64,000 bases of DNA, from positions 134,397-198,396 of IMG/VR virus record IMGVR_UViG_3300047311_000323. One strand, 5' to 3'. The notes under the pieces are model-generated. The model ran no database searches. It worked only from the letters and a program-made list of their open reading frames with translations, and was not told the origin of the DNA. A program made the position numbers and the translations under genes. Below, one piece after another: positions 26,785 to 35,450 of this stretch (its first letter is position 1; each line of letters opens with the position of its first letter). This DNA comes from a virus.

Positions 26785-27408
26785 ATGAAAAAAATTTGCA
26801 TATTCGGAGCTGGAGGTTTTGCCAAAGAAGTCTATTGGCTGGCCCAACAATGCCAAAAACAAGTAGATACTTTTGTTGATATAAAAGCTGGTGGTTATTT
26901 ATGTGGCACGTCTATCCAAGATGATAGTTATTTCGATCCAACCATACACACCGCTGTAGTCGCCGTTGGCAACCCTAAAGTGAGAGAAAAGATTACCAAT
27001 CAAATTATAGCAAAACATGGTTACCATGTTTTTGAAACTCTTGTTTCTCCTTATGCCAATATTATGGCAGATACTGTTTCTGTTGGTTACGGCTCTGTCA
27101 TTTGTGCGAATTGCATTCTAACCTGTGATATTCAATTAGGAGATTTTTCGCAACTTAATCTTGCCACCACTATAGGTCACGACACTAAAACTGATAAGTT
27201 TTTTACCACCGCTCCGGGCGCCCATATCAGTGGAAAAGTTACAATCGGACAGAGAGTTTATTTTGGGACTAATGCTTCATCTATAGAAGAATTAAACATC
27301 TGTGATGATGTCATTATTGGAGCATCTGCTTGTGTTACTAAAAACATTCTAGAGAGCGGTATTTATGTTGGTGCCCCAGCTAAGAAAATGGAGAAGAGAA
27401 ATGGCTGA
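26785..27408 (+). CDS. NeuD/PglB-type sugar N/O-acetyltransferase
   Basis: IFGAGGFAKEV, AVGNPKVR, hexapeptide repeats, YVGAPAK. Confidence 0.9.
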   Translation: MKKICIFGAGGFAKEVYWLAQQCQKQVDTFVDIKAGGYLCGTSIQDDSYFDPTIHTAVVAVGNPKVREKITNQIIAKHGYHVFETLVSPYANIMADTVSVGYGSVICANCILTCDIQLGDFSQLNLATTIGHDTKTDKFFTTAPGAHISGKVTIGQRVYFGTNASSIEELNICDDVIIGASACVTKNILESGIYVGAPAKKMEKRNG

Positions 27409-27706
27409 TACTATTGGATCGCTAATTGACAAGCTAGCGACTGTAAATCAAAAAATGTTTATGGCACAAGAGGACCTTTATCCTATCAGAAAAATGAGCC
27501 TTGAAGAATTCAAAACTGCTTTTAACTCTAATGAGGGTTTGGAGAAACTATATACTGCTTTCCAAAAATCTATGGATCTCAACGTTCAACGTCAAGCTAT
27601 GATTCTAGAAGTTGATAGAAAAATTGCTGAAGTAGTTTCTGCTGCTGTCAAGGGTGAAGATTTAGATAATGGAACTTTCATCCAAAACCAACATAAGACA
27701 TATTGA
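27401..27706 (+). CDS. Small helical protein (DUF4254-like)
   Basis: TIGSLIDKLATVNQKMF. Confidence 0.55.
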   Translation: MADTIGSLIDKLATVNQKMFMAQEDLYPIRKMSLEEFKTAFNSNEGLEKLYTAFQKSMDLNVQRQAMILEVDRKIAEVVSAAVKGEDLDNGTFIQNQHKTY

Positions 27707-27707
27707 T

Positions 27708-28835
27708 ATGATACCAGTCTACAAACCCTATTTACCACCTAGCTCTTTACAGTACGCTCATGATGCATTGGATTCCACTTGGCTATCCTCACAGGGCAAG
27801 TATTTGCCTATGGTAACTGAAAGGTTGCAAGACCTACTACAAACACCATATGTTATCCCGCTCAATAACGGTACCAGCGCCTGCCACTTGGTTGCCAAAT
27901 CGTTGTATAAAGTTTGCCCACCATCATCTGGTAAGAAGAAGCTTATCGTACCAAACAATGTGTACGTAGCTGCCTGGAATGCATTCCTATTCGACAAGAA
28001 TTATGAATTGATTCCTATCGATGCCAACCTAGATACTTGGAACATAGATAATGATAAGCTAGAAGCAGCAATCGTGGCGGAGCCTGATGCTGACGTACTA
28101 ATCGTTCACAATATTGGTAACGTTATCAATGTGCCGAGACTACAACAGAAATATCCTAACGTTCACTTCGTAGAGGATAACTGTGAGGGTTTCTTGGGCG
28201 GATACGGCGGCTTATCAACTGGTCGAGCTTGCTTTGCCTCAGCCGTTTCTTTCTTTGGTAATAAGAACATTACCAGTGGCGAAGGTGGAGCCTTCATCAC
28301 CAATTTCCCAGATACTTATGAGTATGCTAAGTGCGTTCAGGGACAAGGGCAATCTGCTACCAGATTCGTTCACAAAGAGTTGGGATACAACTACCGCATG
28401 ACTAATGTGCAAGCTGCCATCCTATGTGGCCAGTTAGACTCTCTACAAGACATCCTCAATCTCAAACGTAACATTTTTGATACTTATCGACAAGCTTTCC
28501 AAAACCGTGATGAGATTAGAATACAGATCAGCGAAGAGAATACTGCCAGCGCTAACTGGATGTTCGGAGTAAGGGTTCCTGGCCAGCTATGCTATGATGC
28601 GGCCGAGCTTTACTTCAAGATGCATGGCATAGAAGTTAGACCAATGTTCTATTCTATTTTCGCTCATGACCATCTTAAAGACAATATGGATGTTAGGCCA
28701 GCAGACTGCACTGTAGCCAATCAGCTTAATAAGGAATGCTTTATCTTACCAAGCTATCCCGAACTAACAGCAGATGAACAGAAATACATTATCGATACCG
28801 TCAACGGGTATGTAAGAGGAGTTAATGGACCATGA
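27708..28835 (+). CDS. DegT/DnrJ-family aminotransferase (perosamine synthase-like)
   Basis: NNGTSACHL, VEDNCE, SFFGNKNITSGEGG, GYNYRMTNVQAA. Confidence 0.92.
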   Translation: MIPVYKPYLPPSSLQYAHDALDSTWLSSQGKYLPMVTERLQDLLQTPYVIPLNNGTSACHLVAKSLYKVCPPSSGKKKLIVPNNVYVAAWNAFLFDKNYELIPIDANLDTWNIDNDKLEAAIVAEPDADVLIVHNIGNVINVPRLQQKYPNVHFVEDNCEGFLGGYGGLSTGRACFASAVSFFGNKNITSGEGGAFITNFPDTYEYAKCVQGQGQSATRFVHKELGYNYRMTNVQAAILCGQLDSLQDILNLKRNIFDTYRQAFQNRDEIRIQISEENTASANWMFGVRVPGQLCYDAAELYFKMHGIEVRPMFYSIFAHDHLKDNMDVRPADCTVANQLNKECFILPSYPELTADEQKYIIDTVNGYVRGVNGP

Positions 28836-29842
28836 CAAACGGAACCGCATGTATCACAGGCATTACAGGGCAGACTGGTTCTTACCTGTGCGACCTCTTA
28901 CTGTCTAAGGGGTACAAAGTTTATGGATTGAAGCGCCGTAGTAGCTCTCTCAATACTGAGCGTATCGATCATCTATACACCGATCCTCATATTGATGCAA
29001 GCAAGCTAGAGATGGTCTATGGCGACTTAGCTGACTACTCATCTCTAGCCAGTTGGGTTGGCGACATCAAGCCAGACCTATTCTTCAATATGGGTGCCCA
29101 AAGCCACGTTCGTGTTAGCTTCGATATTCCTGAGTATACTATGGATGTCACGGGCACTGGAGTCATTCGAGTTCTAGAGGCCATTCGTAAGAATAGCCCA
29201 AAGACTAGATTCCTAACAGCTTCCAGCTCTGAGATGTTTGGATCGCAACCACCACCTCAAAACGAACAGACTGTCTTCCACCCACGCTCTCCTTATGGAG
29301 TTGCCAAAGTAGCCGGCTACTTTGCCACCGTAAACTATCGAGAAGCTTATGGATTACACGCCTGCAATGCCATCTCTTTCAATCACGAGAGCCCAAGACG
29401 TGGAGAGACGTTCGTTACTCGCAAGATTACCAGGGCTGCCACCAGAATCAAACTGGGCCTGCAAGATAAGCTCTATCTCGGGAATTTGTCTGCGCAGCGC
29501 GACTGGTCCCACGCCGCTGATGTGGCTGATGCAATGTATAAGATTATCACAGCGCCAACAGCAGATGACTTTGTGGTGTCCTCGGGGGAGATACATTCAG
29601 TTGAAGAGTTCGCTAAACTAGTCTTCGGTATCCTAGGATTGGATTACACTAAGTATGTTGAGTTTGATGCTAAGTATCTAAGACCATCAGAAGTTGATGC
29701 TCTATGTGGAGACTCTACCAAACTAAGAACTCAATTAGGTTGGGCTCCAAGCTATAGCTTCTTGGACTTAGTCCAGGAGATGATTGATTCTGATATGGAA
29801 TTAGCTCGTAGAGAAAAGACAATTAAGGACCATCACAAATGA
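28832..29842 (+). CDS. gmd: GDP-mannose 4,6-dehydratase
   Basis: ITGITGQTGSYL, AQSHVRVSF, ASSSEMFG, PRSPYGVAK, FNHESPRRGETFVTRKI. Confidence 0.97.
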   Translation: MTNGTACITGITGQTGSYLCDLLLSKGYKVYGLKRRSSSLNTERIDHLYTDPHIDASKLEMVYGDLADYSSLASWVGDIKPDLFFNMGAQSHVRVSFDIPEYTMDVTGTGVIRVLEAIRKNSPKTRFLTASSSEMFGSQPPPQNEQTVFHPRSPYGVAKVAGYFATVNYREAYGLHACNAISFNHESPRRGETFVTRKITRAATRIKLGLQDKLYLGNLSAQRDWSHAADVADAMYKIITAPTADDFVVSSGEIHSVEEFAKLVFGILGLDYTKYVEFDAKYLRPSEVDALCGDSTKLRTQLGWAPSYSFLDLVQEMIDSDMELARREKTIKDHHK

Positions 29843-30783
29843 AGATATTAGTTACTGGCGGAACTGGTTTCCTCGGAAAACACGTTCAGCAAGCTTTTAG
29901 TAAGAGTAGTAATGAATTATGGTTTCCATCTAGCAAGGATTTGAATCTATTAGACTCTCGCGCCTCTGAGGAAGCCATTGCTTACATTCAGCCAGATACT
30001 ATTCTACACATGGCCGCTGTATGTGGCGGTATCTTGGCTAACAAGAATAGTCCGGCGGATTTCTTGCACAAGAACCTAGATATGGCTAGCAACATCTTTC
30101 ATGCTGCCCGTAAAGTAGGATGTAAGAATGTTTTCACTCTAGGTAGCGTATGTGCTTATCCTAAAAACTGCCGCACTCCATTCATAGAGGCCAATCTATG
30201 GGATGGCTATCCAGAAGAGACTAATGCGCCTTATGGTATTGCCAAGCGTGTACTACTAATGCTAGGTAAGACCTATCGCGAGCAATATGGTATTGGTGGG
30301 ACCCACCTAATTCCAGTTAATATGTATGGGGAGCATGACCATTTCGATTTGACTAACAGTCACGTCATTCCAGCCCTCATCCGTAAATTTGACAATGCCA
30401 TTACCAACAACCTGCCAGAGGTAGAATGCTGGGGCACAGGCAAAGCCACTCGTGAGTTCCTTTATGCTGGAGACTGCGCTCAAGCCATTGTCAGAGCCGT
30501 AGAGAGCGGTCTCACCGCTGATGAGCCAATCAATCTAGGAATGGGCAAAGACATCACCATTGAGGACCTAGCGGCCTTAGTTGCTGAACTAACAGGATAT
30601 CTTGGCAAGATTAGGTTTACTGGTGAGGTTTCAGATGGCCAGCCTAAGAGACTACTCAGCGTATACCGAGCACAAACGTTACTCGATTGGCATGCCAGCA
30701 CCACCCTACGTGATGGGCTAGTCCGTACTATTAGATGGTATCGTGCCAACAAGCAACAGATTATTGCGGCTGACGCTTCCTAA
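29839..30783 (+). CDS. fcl: GDP-L-fucose synthase
   Basis: AAVCGGILAN, LGSVCAYP, YGIAK, SHVIPAL, WGTGKATREF. Confidence 0.93.
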   Translation: MKILVTGGTGFLGKHVQQAFSKSSNELWFPSSKDLNLLDSRASEEAIAYIQPDTILHMAAVCGGILANKNSPADFLHKNLDMASNIFHAARKVGCKNVFTLGSVCAYPKNCRTPFIEANLWDGYPEETNAPYGIAKRVLLMLGKTYREQYGIGGTHLIPVNMYGEHDHFDLTNSHVIPALIRKFDNAITNNLPEVECWGTGKATREFLYAGDCAQAIVRAVESGLTADEPINLGMGKDITIEDLAALVAELTGYLGKIRFTGEVSDGQPKRLLSVYRAQTLLDWHASTTLRDGLVRTIRWYRANKQQIIAADAS

Positions 30784-30922
30784 TCACAACAACTTCGGGG
30801 CCAGTACGCTCATTCTCGTTGGTAAAGCCACACTTGCGGCATTTCACCTTGCGATTGATAGAACGGTCATTGTTGACAAAGTCAACCTCACCCATACAGA
30901 CTTTGCATTTTAGTAATTTCAT
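30761..30922 (-). CDS. Small Zn-ribbon protein (53 aa)
   Basis: Hand-translated CKVC...CRKC. Confidence 0.6.
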   Translation of the reverse strand: MKLLKCKVCMGEVDFVNNDRSINRKVKCRKCGFTNENERTGPEVVVIRKRQPQ

Positions 30923-30929
30923 ATTGGCC

Positions 30930-31406
30930 TTAAGTAAAGATCAGCAGCTTCTTGAGTCTGGGCTCTAGGTGCTTATCATCCATTTTGTAGCTGGAGTTGT
31001 TCTTGATGAATGACATAATTTCAGCGCGGCAGCTATTTATCATATCGTCCTTGAATTGATTGTTCTTCAAGTTGATAGCCAATCTAGAAAACTTCATTAC
31101 GTAGTTTACCAAATTGACATTCCAAGAAAGATAGATTAGCCTATTGTATTTTGGCTTACCATAAACCATTATTTTTTCTGTGGTGCCATTAACTGTGCAA
31201 TTTACTTCACAATATGGCACCACGTACAATCCGCGCTTGCGTCTCTCAAAAGAAAATCCAGTATACTTTTGATTAACTAATTTGGATTGAAACCCAATTT
31301 TCCAATGCCATTTGGCATCAGCAAATTCTTTTTGAACTGCTTTTTGTTTGGCTAATTGGTATTCTAGTTCTCGAATACAGTCTGTCACAGGGCGCGCTAG
31401 AGGCAT
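30930..31406 (-). CDS. Hypothetical protein (C-terminus RLKKLLIFT)
   Basis: 158-aa ORF. Confidence 0.75.
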   Translation of the reverse strand: MPLARPVTDCIRELEYQLAKQKAVQKEFADAKWHWKIGFQSKLVNQKYTGFSFERRKRGLYVVPYCEVNCTVNGTTEKIMVYGKPKYNRLIYLSWNVNLVNYVMKFSRLAINLKNNQFKDDMINSCRAEIMSFIKNNSSYKMDDKHLEPRLKKLLIFT

Positions 31407-31425
31407 ACCCTGTAATATAACTCAC

Positions 31426-31941
31426 TTATTCTTCATGCTCGAAGGATACGATAGTAAATCTATCGTCCATATAGGGTTCGATGACCGTTTTGACATCGCC
31501 CCAGCTCAGGCCGCCAATCCCAACACCAGGACGGGGAACCATGATTCCCTTGAGTTCGAACCTATCTACCAAGACCTTAAGCTCTTTGGCGGAGTTCTCA
31601 ATCAGCTTGATCTTGGCTCCATCCAGCAGACTGTCGATGGTTGGGAAGCTGAAGATGAGAGTCTTGAACTTCTTCTCTTTGATTATCTTAAGAGATGGCT
31701 CGATGTATTCCCCATCGGCATCCAAGGCGCCAATAACAAAGGGGACGTTAGTGAGAAAATTCTTCAAACACTTGCCCAATCTCACAGAGGTTTCGGGCCA
31801 GCGCTTAGCACATACTCCAGCGCATCCACCACCCATAGCCGCCGTACCATCTTTCAGATACATGCCATTGGTGGTGATACATATGGCATCAACGCCATCT
31901 TCGTAAATTGTTTCGAACAGATCCGCTTTCAATTCCTTCAT
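31426..31941 (-). CDS. Macro-domain (ADP-ribose-binding or hydrolase)-like protein
   Basis: ICITTNG..AAMGGGCA, FSFPT, PRPGVGIGGL. Confidence 0.75.
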   Translation of the reverse strand: MKELKADLFETIYEDGVDAICITTNGMYLKDGTAAMGGGCAGVCAKRWPETSVRLGKCLKNFLTNVPFVIGALDADGEYIEPSLKIIKEKKFKTLIFSFPTIDSLLDGAKIKLIENSAKELKVLVDRFELKGIMVPRPGVGIGGLSWGDVKTVIEPYMDDRFTIVSFEHEE

Positions 31942-32288
31942 GGTAATCCCTCGAAGTCTTTCAATATGGTTCCGGCAAACTCTTTGTTACTTGGTGACGG
32001 GTCTGTCTTAGTCATGGCCCGTAGTCTATCGATAATATCCTGAGGTGGCTTACGTTCCATATAGAACGCTGAGAGTCCCATCATGGCTCCCTCTCGGACC
32101 ACTGCGTTGACATGCTTTAGAAGCATTCGTAATGCTGGAAGGACTATCCGTTCATCCGGAACATCCCCCAAAAGTTCAGCCCCAAAAGTCAACGTATGTA
32201 CATCGGCATTGGGGCTGGTTAGAATCTGTGCAAGTTCTTTTGGCGAACTTTGTGCCATGTTTTTCAATTGATTTTGGGAGTAGCTCAT
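31938..32288 (-). CDS. HEAT-repeat-like hypothetical protein
   Basis: LLKHVNAVVREGAMMGL. Confidence 0.55.
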   Translation of the reverse strand: MSYSQNQLKNMAQSSPKELAQILTSPNADVHTLTFGAELLGDVPDERIVLPALRMLLKHVNAVVREGAMMGLSAFYMERKPPQDIIDRLRAMTKTDPSPSNKEFAGTILKDFEGLP

Positions 32289-33004
32289 TTTATCTCAAAT
32301 TTCGATTCGTAATACGCCCGCTTTGCTTGGACTTGAATCATCTCTTTGGTTTCCCATATGAGAGCAGTCAAGTGGCCGCCAAAACAGCAGCCGGTGTCCA
32401 AACCGTAACAGGTCACTCCTGGGCTTATCTCTTCGATTAGCGGCGTCTCGTAAGAGTGTACATTGTGACCATACACAACGGACTTAGGACCGCGCCAAAA
32501 CTGTGTCCAGAATACAGCGCCGGTTTCCTCTTTCCCCAGTTTACTAATTTTCTTTAAGCTTATGAATCTTCTATCTGAATCAGTGTACCTCAGGTACATC
32601 AAATCATCTTTGGTTTGATTAGATAAAGCAATGCCGGGCTTTAACCCGGCATGAACTGCAACAACATCGGCCAGCTCAATGTAGAGCGGCATGTCTTGAA
32701 TGTAACCTATATCTTGGTCTGATAATTTGGAATAGAAATCCCTGCGGTCGTAGACATCAACGCGGGTGCCTTGCGAGCGGAACCACTTCAGGAATTTGTG
32801 TTCATGGTTACCCATTACACATTCCAGCTTTAGTTCTCGTGCTCTTTGCACAACACCCACGGAGTCTGGTCCGCGATCAATTAAATCTCCTAGTAAGATT
32901 AGTCGGTCTGAATTCGGGTTGTAGGAGATTTTTTGCAAGAGTTCATCGAACTCCTCAAGGCAACCGTGAATATCACCAATGAATATGTGACGCTTAATTT
33001 CCAT
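32285..33004 (-). CDS. Calcineurin-like metallophosphoesterase (PrpA/ApaH-like)
   Basis: IGDIHGC, LGDLIDRGPDS, MGNHE, VHAG, VYGH, LDTGC. Confidence 0.92.
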   Translation of the reverse strand: MEIKRHIFIGDIHGCLEEFDELLQKISYNPNSDRLILLGDLIDRGPDSVGVVQRARELKLECVMGNHEHKFLKWFRSQGTRVDVYDRRDFYSKLSDQDIGYIQDMPLYIELADVVAVHAGLKPGIALSNQTKDDLMYLRYTDSDRRFISLKKISKLGKEETGAVFWTQFWRGPKSVVYGHNVHSYETPLIEEISPGVTCYGLDTGCCFGGHLTALIWETKEMIQVQAKRAYYESKFEIK

Positions 33005-33266
33005 CCTTCTTCAACTCTTCCTTACCATCAGTCACAGGCTGAGGATCATCAAACACAATTTTTGTTCTGCCCTCATGGCCATGAACATAAAGAATGTCGT
33101 CAATTGAGTGGTAAACGTTGATGCTGCCATGGTTTCCTAACCAGTGCACTACCGCTTCGCCTGTGTCCGTAAACAAGCAACCTTCAGCAACTTTACCACA
33201 TCCACTTACACCGGACGCATCTTCCAATCTTTCGAAATGAAATCTACGTAATCCCATATGTATCAT
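32994..33266 (-). CDS. Hypothetical protein
   Basis: EDASGVSGCGKVAEGC..DTG. Confidence 0.7.
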   Translation of the reverse strand: MIHMGLRRFHFERLEDASGVSGCGKVAEGCLFTDTGEAVVHWLGNHGSINVYHSIDDILYVHGHEGRTKIVFDDPQPVTDGKEELKKDGN

Positions 33267-33334
33267 CCTTGTTAATTCCCCTCGTAACCGAGCATGCTCA
33301 GTCTTCTCATCCTGATGTCTCGATATTCACACAT

Positions 33335-33363
33335 AATGTACATCCTGCACCCCGAGGCGTCAA
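33335..33363 (-). promoter_or_regulatory. Sigma70-like promoter
   Basis: TTGACG-N17-TACATT with extended TG. Confidence 0.7.
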
Positions 33364-34049
33364 GTGCCTGATATTACAGTTTTTAATCGATTCTTAATGA
33401 TTTCCTGATCTTTCCAATGTTCTGAAGTTTGTACGTGATTAGCGCGAACACACTTCATTACACAAGAGGAGAAGTCCTCATCAACAAAAGAATTTGCGAC
33501 TCGAACAACTACGCCCTCCCTTATACCGCCACAAGCCGAGGGTTGATTCATAAAAGATTCAACTAAGTCTTTCAATTCTTTTTCAGAAGATACAGTTCCT
33601 TTGAAAAGAACTGGGACTGTTGGGACGCCAATTTCAATTGCCCACAATTCAACATCTTCCCATGAAGGCCAATAATCTTCTTCAGCCCCAAAAGCATTAG
33701 CTAATTCTCTTACACCAAACATCATGAAGTATGCTGGCAACTCAGAATATGCTATTGAATGATGTGCAAAACACCATTCACCAAACAGTTGAAAGCTTTG
33801 AGGGATATTGTGTTTGATAGCGGCATGCAATGCCTTGAGCTGATCAAAAGACGCATGCGTGGGTGGACCCGCGTGTGTGCGTGCGTAACAACCATCATAT
33901 TCCAATGATGTATTGGAACCATCCATCTTTTCAGTAAGAACAATGGGTACGCCAATCAACTTGTCCATAGACGTAGCAATCTTATCATCATTTGTCGCAC
34001 CAGGCGAAAATGGAAAGTGAAACGTTCTATTATACTTAGGGCTGTCCAT
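33360..34049 (-). CDS. ATP-dependent RNA ligase (Rnl2-like family)
   Basis: TEKMDGSN (motif I), GEWC, REGVVVR, KCV. Confidence 0.85.
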   Translation of the reverse strand: MDSPKYNRTFHFPFSPGATNDDKIATSMDKLIGVPIVLTEKMDGSNTSLEYDGCYARTHAGPPTHASFDQLKALHAAIKHNIPQSFQLFGEWCFAHHSIAYSELPAYFMMFGVRELANAFGAEEDYWPSWEDVELWAIEIGVPTVPVLFKGTVSSEKELKDLVESFMNQPSACGGIREGVVVRVANSFVDEDFSSCVMKCVRANHVQTSEHWKDQEIIKNRLKTVISGT

Positions 34050-34668
34050 GGAACTTACTCGAATCACAATTATACAGTTTACAGAATCGTTTTAGGTCTT
34101 CATCAGTAATATGGTTTGATCCAACATCAACAAGCGAATACATCAAGGTGCCGATACCAATCTTTGGGTCATCTAGGTCAGGATGATCTAGTCCAAGAGC
34201 ATGCCCTAGCTCATGCATAATCACAGCATCATAGCTACTACTGGAGATTCTTTCATCTACCATAGCAATATATTCTAATCCACTTCTATTATAATACCCT
34301 AATGTACTGTAATGTTTGATGCTATCTAGAATGATAATGTCAGGAAAATCTGGCGTTACGTTGAACATTATAATCGAATTAGTCGCCTGCAAATTAGGAT
34401 CGGGCAAGCGCTTGATATCAAACACTACTTGTCCGTTGGTAGCATGGTTCCACTCCATAGCAGCGTTCAAGATATGATACATCTGTTCATCAGCTATAGC
34501 GCGCTCTAAGTATAGAGTCTTATGAACTGGTAATGTATGTTCTATTTTGGTTCGTTGGACAATTGGGGTGGCAATTTCTGCGAAGACAAACAGTAGAGCG
34601 ACTGTCAACGAGAGAGTCCAAACAAATAGGGCCGTGGACCTTGCGACCGATTTAGTAAATAGGGGCAT
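34036..34668 (-). CDS. Matrixin/M10-like zinc metalloprotease, membrane-anchored
   Basis: HELGHALGLDH, LM Met-turn, N-terminal hydrophobic segment. Confidence 0.85.
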   Translation of the reverse strand: MPLFTKSVARSTALFVWTLSLTVALLFVFAEIATPIVQRTKIEHTLPVHKTLYLERAIADEQMYHILNAAMEWNHATNGQVVFDIKRLPDPNLQATNSIIMFNVTPDFPDIIILDSIKHYSTLGYYNRSGLEYIAMVDERISSSSYDAVIMHELGHALGLDHPDLDDPKIGIGTLMYSLVDVGSNHITDEDLKRFCKLYNCDSSKFHGQP

Positions 34669-34691
34669 ATTACAGGCTTTATATCGTTGCG

Positions 34692-35405
34692 TTACATTAC
34701 CAATAGAAATTGTTTCATCTTAGATTTGCGCACATACTTAGCGAACTTTTTGATCTCTGGACCATTATCAGTTGCTAGCACGGCCTGCTCAATCTTATCG
34801 ACATTGGCCTTCTTTATCTTTTCAGCAAACAATCTCATGTATGTAAATGATTTTGTTTGGATGATTAGCTCTTCAATCATATCTACATCTTCTTGAGATG
34901 TCATATGCTTGGCTAATTCAAATAGATATCTAGGTTTGCCGGAGTCAATGATGATTTGTTTGAATTTATTAACGTCAACCCCCTTCACATGTTTAAGATA
35001 CATATGAGCGTACTTGACGTTTTTAGATTTCACGATCAGTCCTTCAAGGAGCTTACGATCGGCTTGCTTTACGAAACAAGCGAATTTGGTAATGTATTTG
35101 AACTTCTTAGATTCGACAACAATATTCTGTAATGATTTGATATCAGCATTAGGTATACTTTGTGCAAATACAAAAGCATACTTAGGGTCTTTCTTATCTA
35201 GAATTACCTTTTGCATTCTATAAGGTTTATAAGAAAATTCACATGCAAAGAAGTAAGCTAAGGCCGCATCATTAGCGGCAATGATTTCATTCTGAAGCTT
35301 TTCCAGTTCGACATGATCGCTAAGCTTTGGATTTACCTCAGTGATTTTGTTGAGCCATCTAAGAGAGTCTGTGCTATAATCACTCTCAAACATGTATTTG
35401 TTCAT
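34692..35405 (-). CDS. Alpha-solenoid repeat protein (period about 25 aa)
   Basis: Repeated Y..FA..V..AD...L...I units. Confidence 0.7.
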   Translation of the reverse strand: MNKYMFESDYSTDSLRWLNKITEVNPKLSDHVELEKLQNEIIAANDAALAYFFACEFSYKPYRMQKVILDKKDPKYAFVFAQSIPNADIKSLQNIVVESKKFKYITKFACFVKQADRKLLEGLIVKSKNVKYAHMYLKHVKGVDVNKFKQIIIDSGKPRYLFELAKHMTSQEDVDMIEELIIQTKSFTYMRLFAEKIKKANVDKIEQAVLATDNGPEIKKFAKYVRKSKMKQFLLVM

Positions 35406-35450
35406 ACATAGTATATATCGTAATTAATAGCACAGATCCTCACCGCATTG

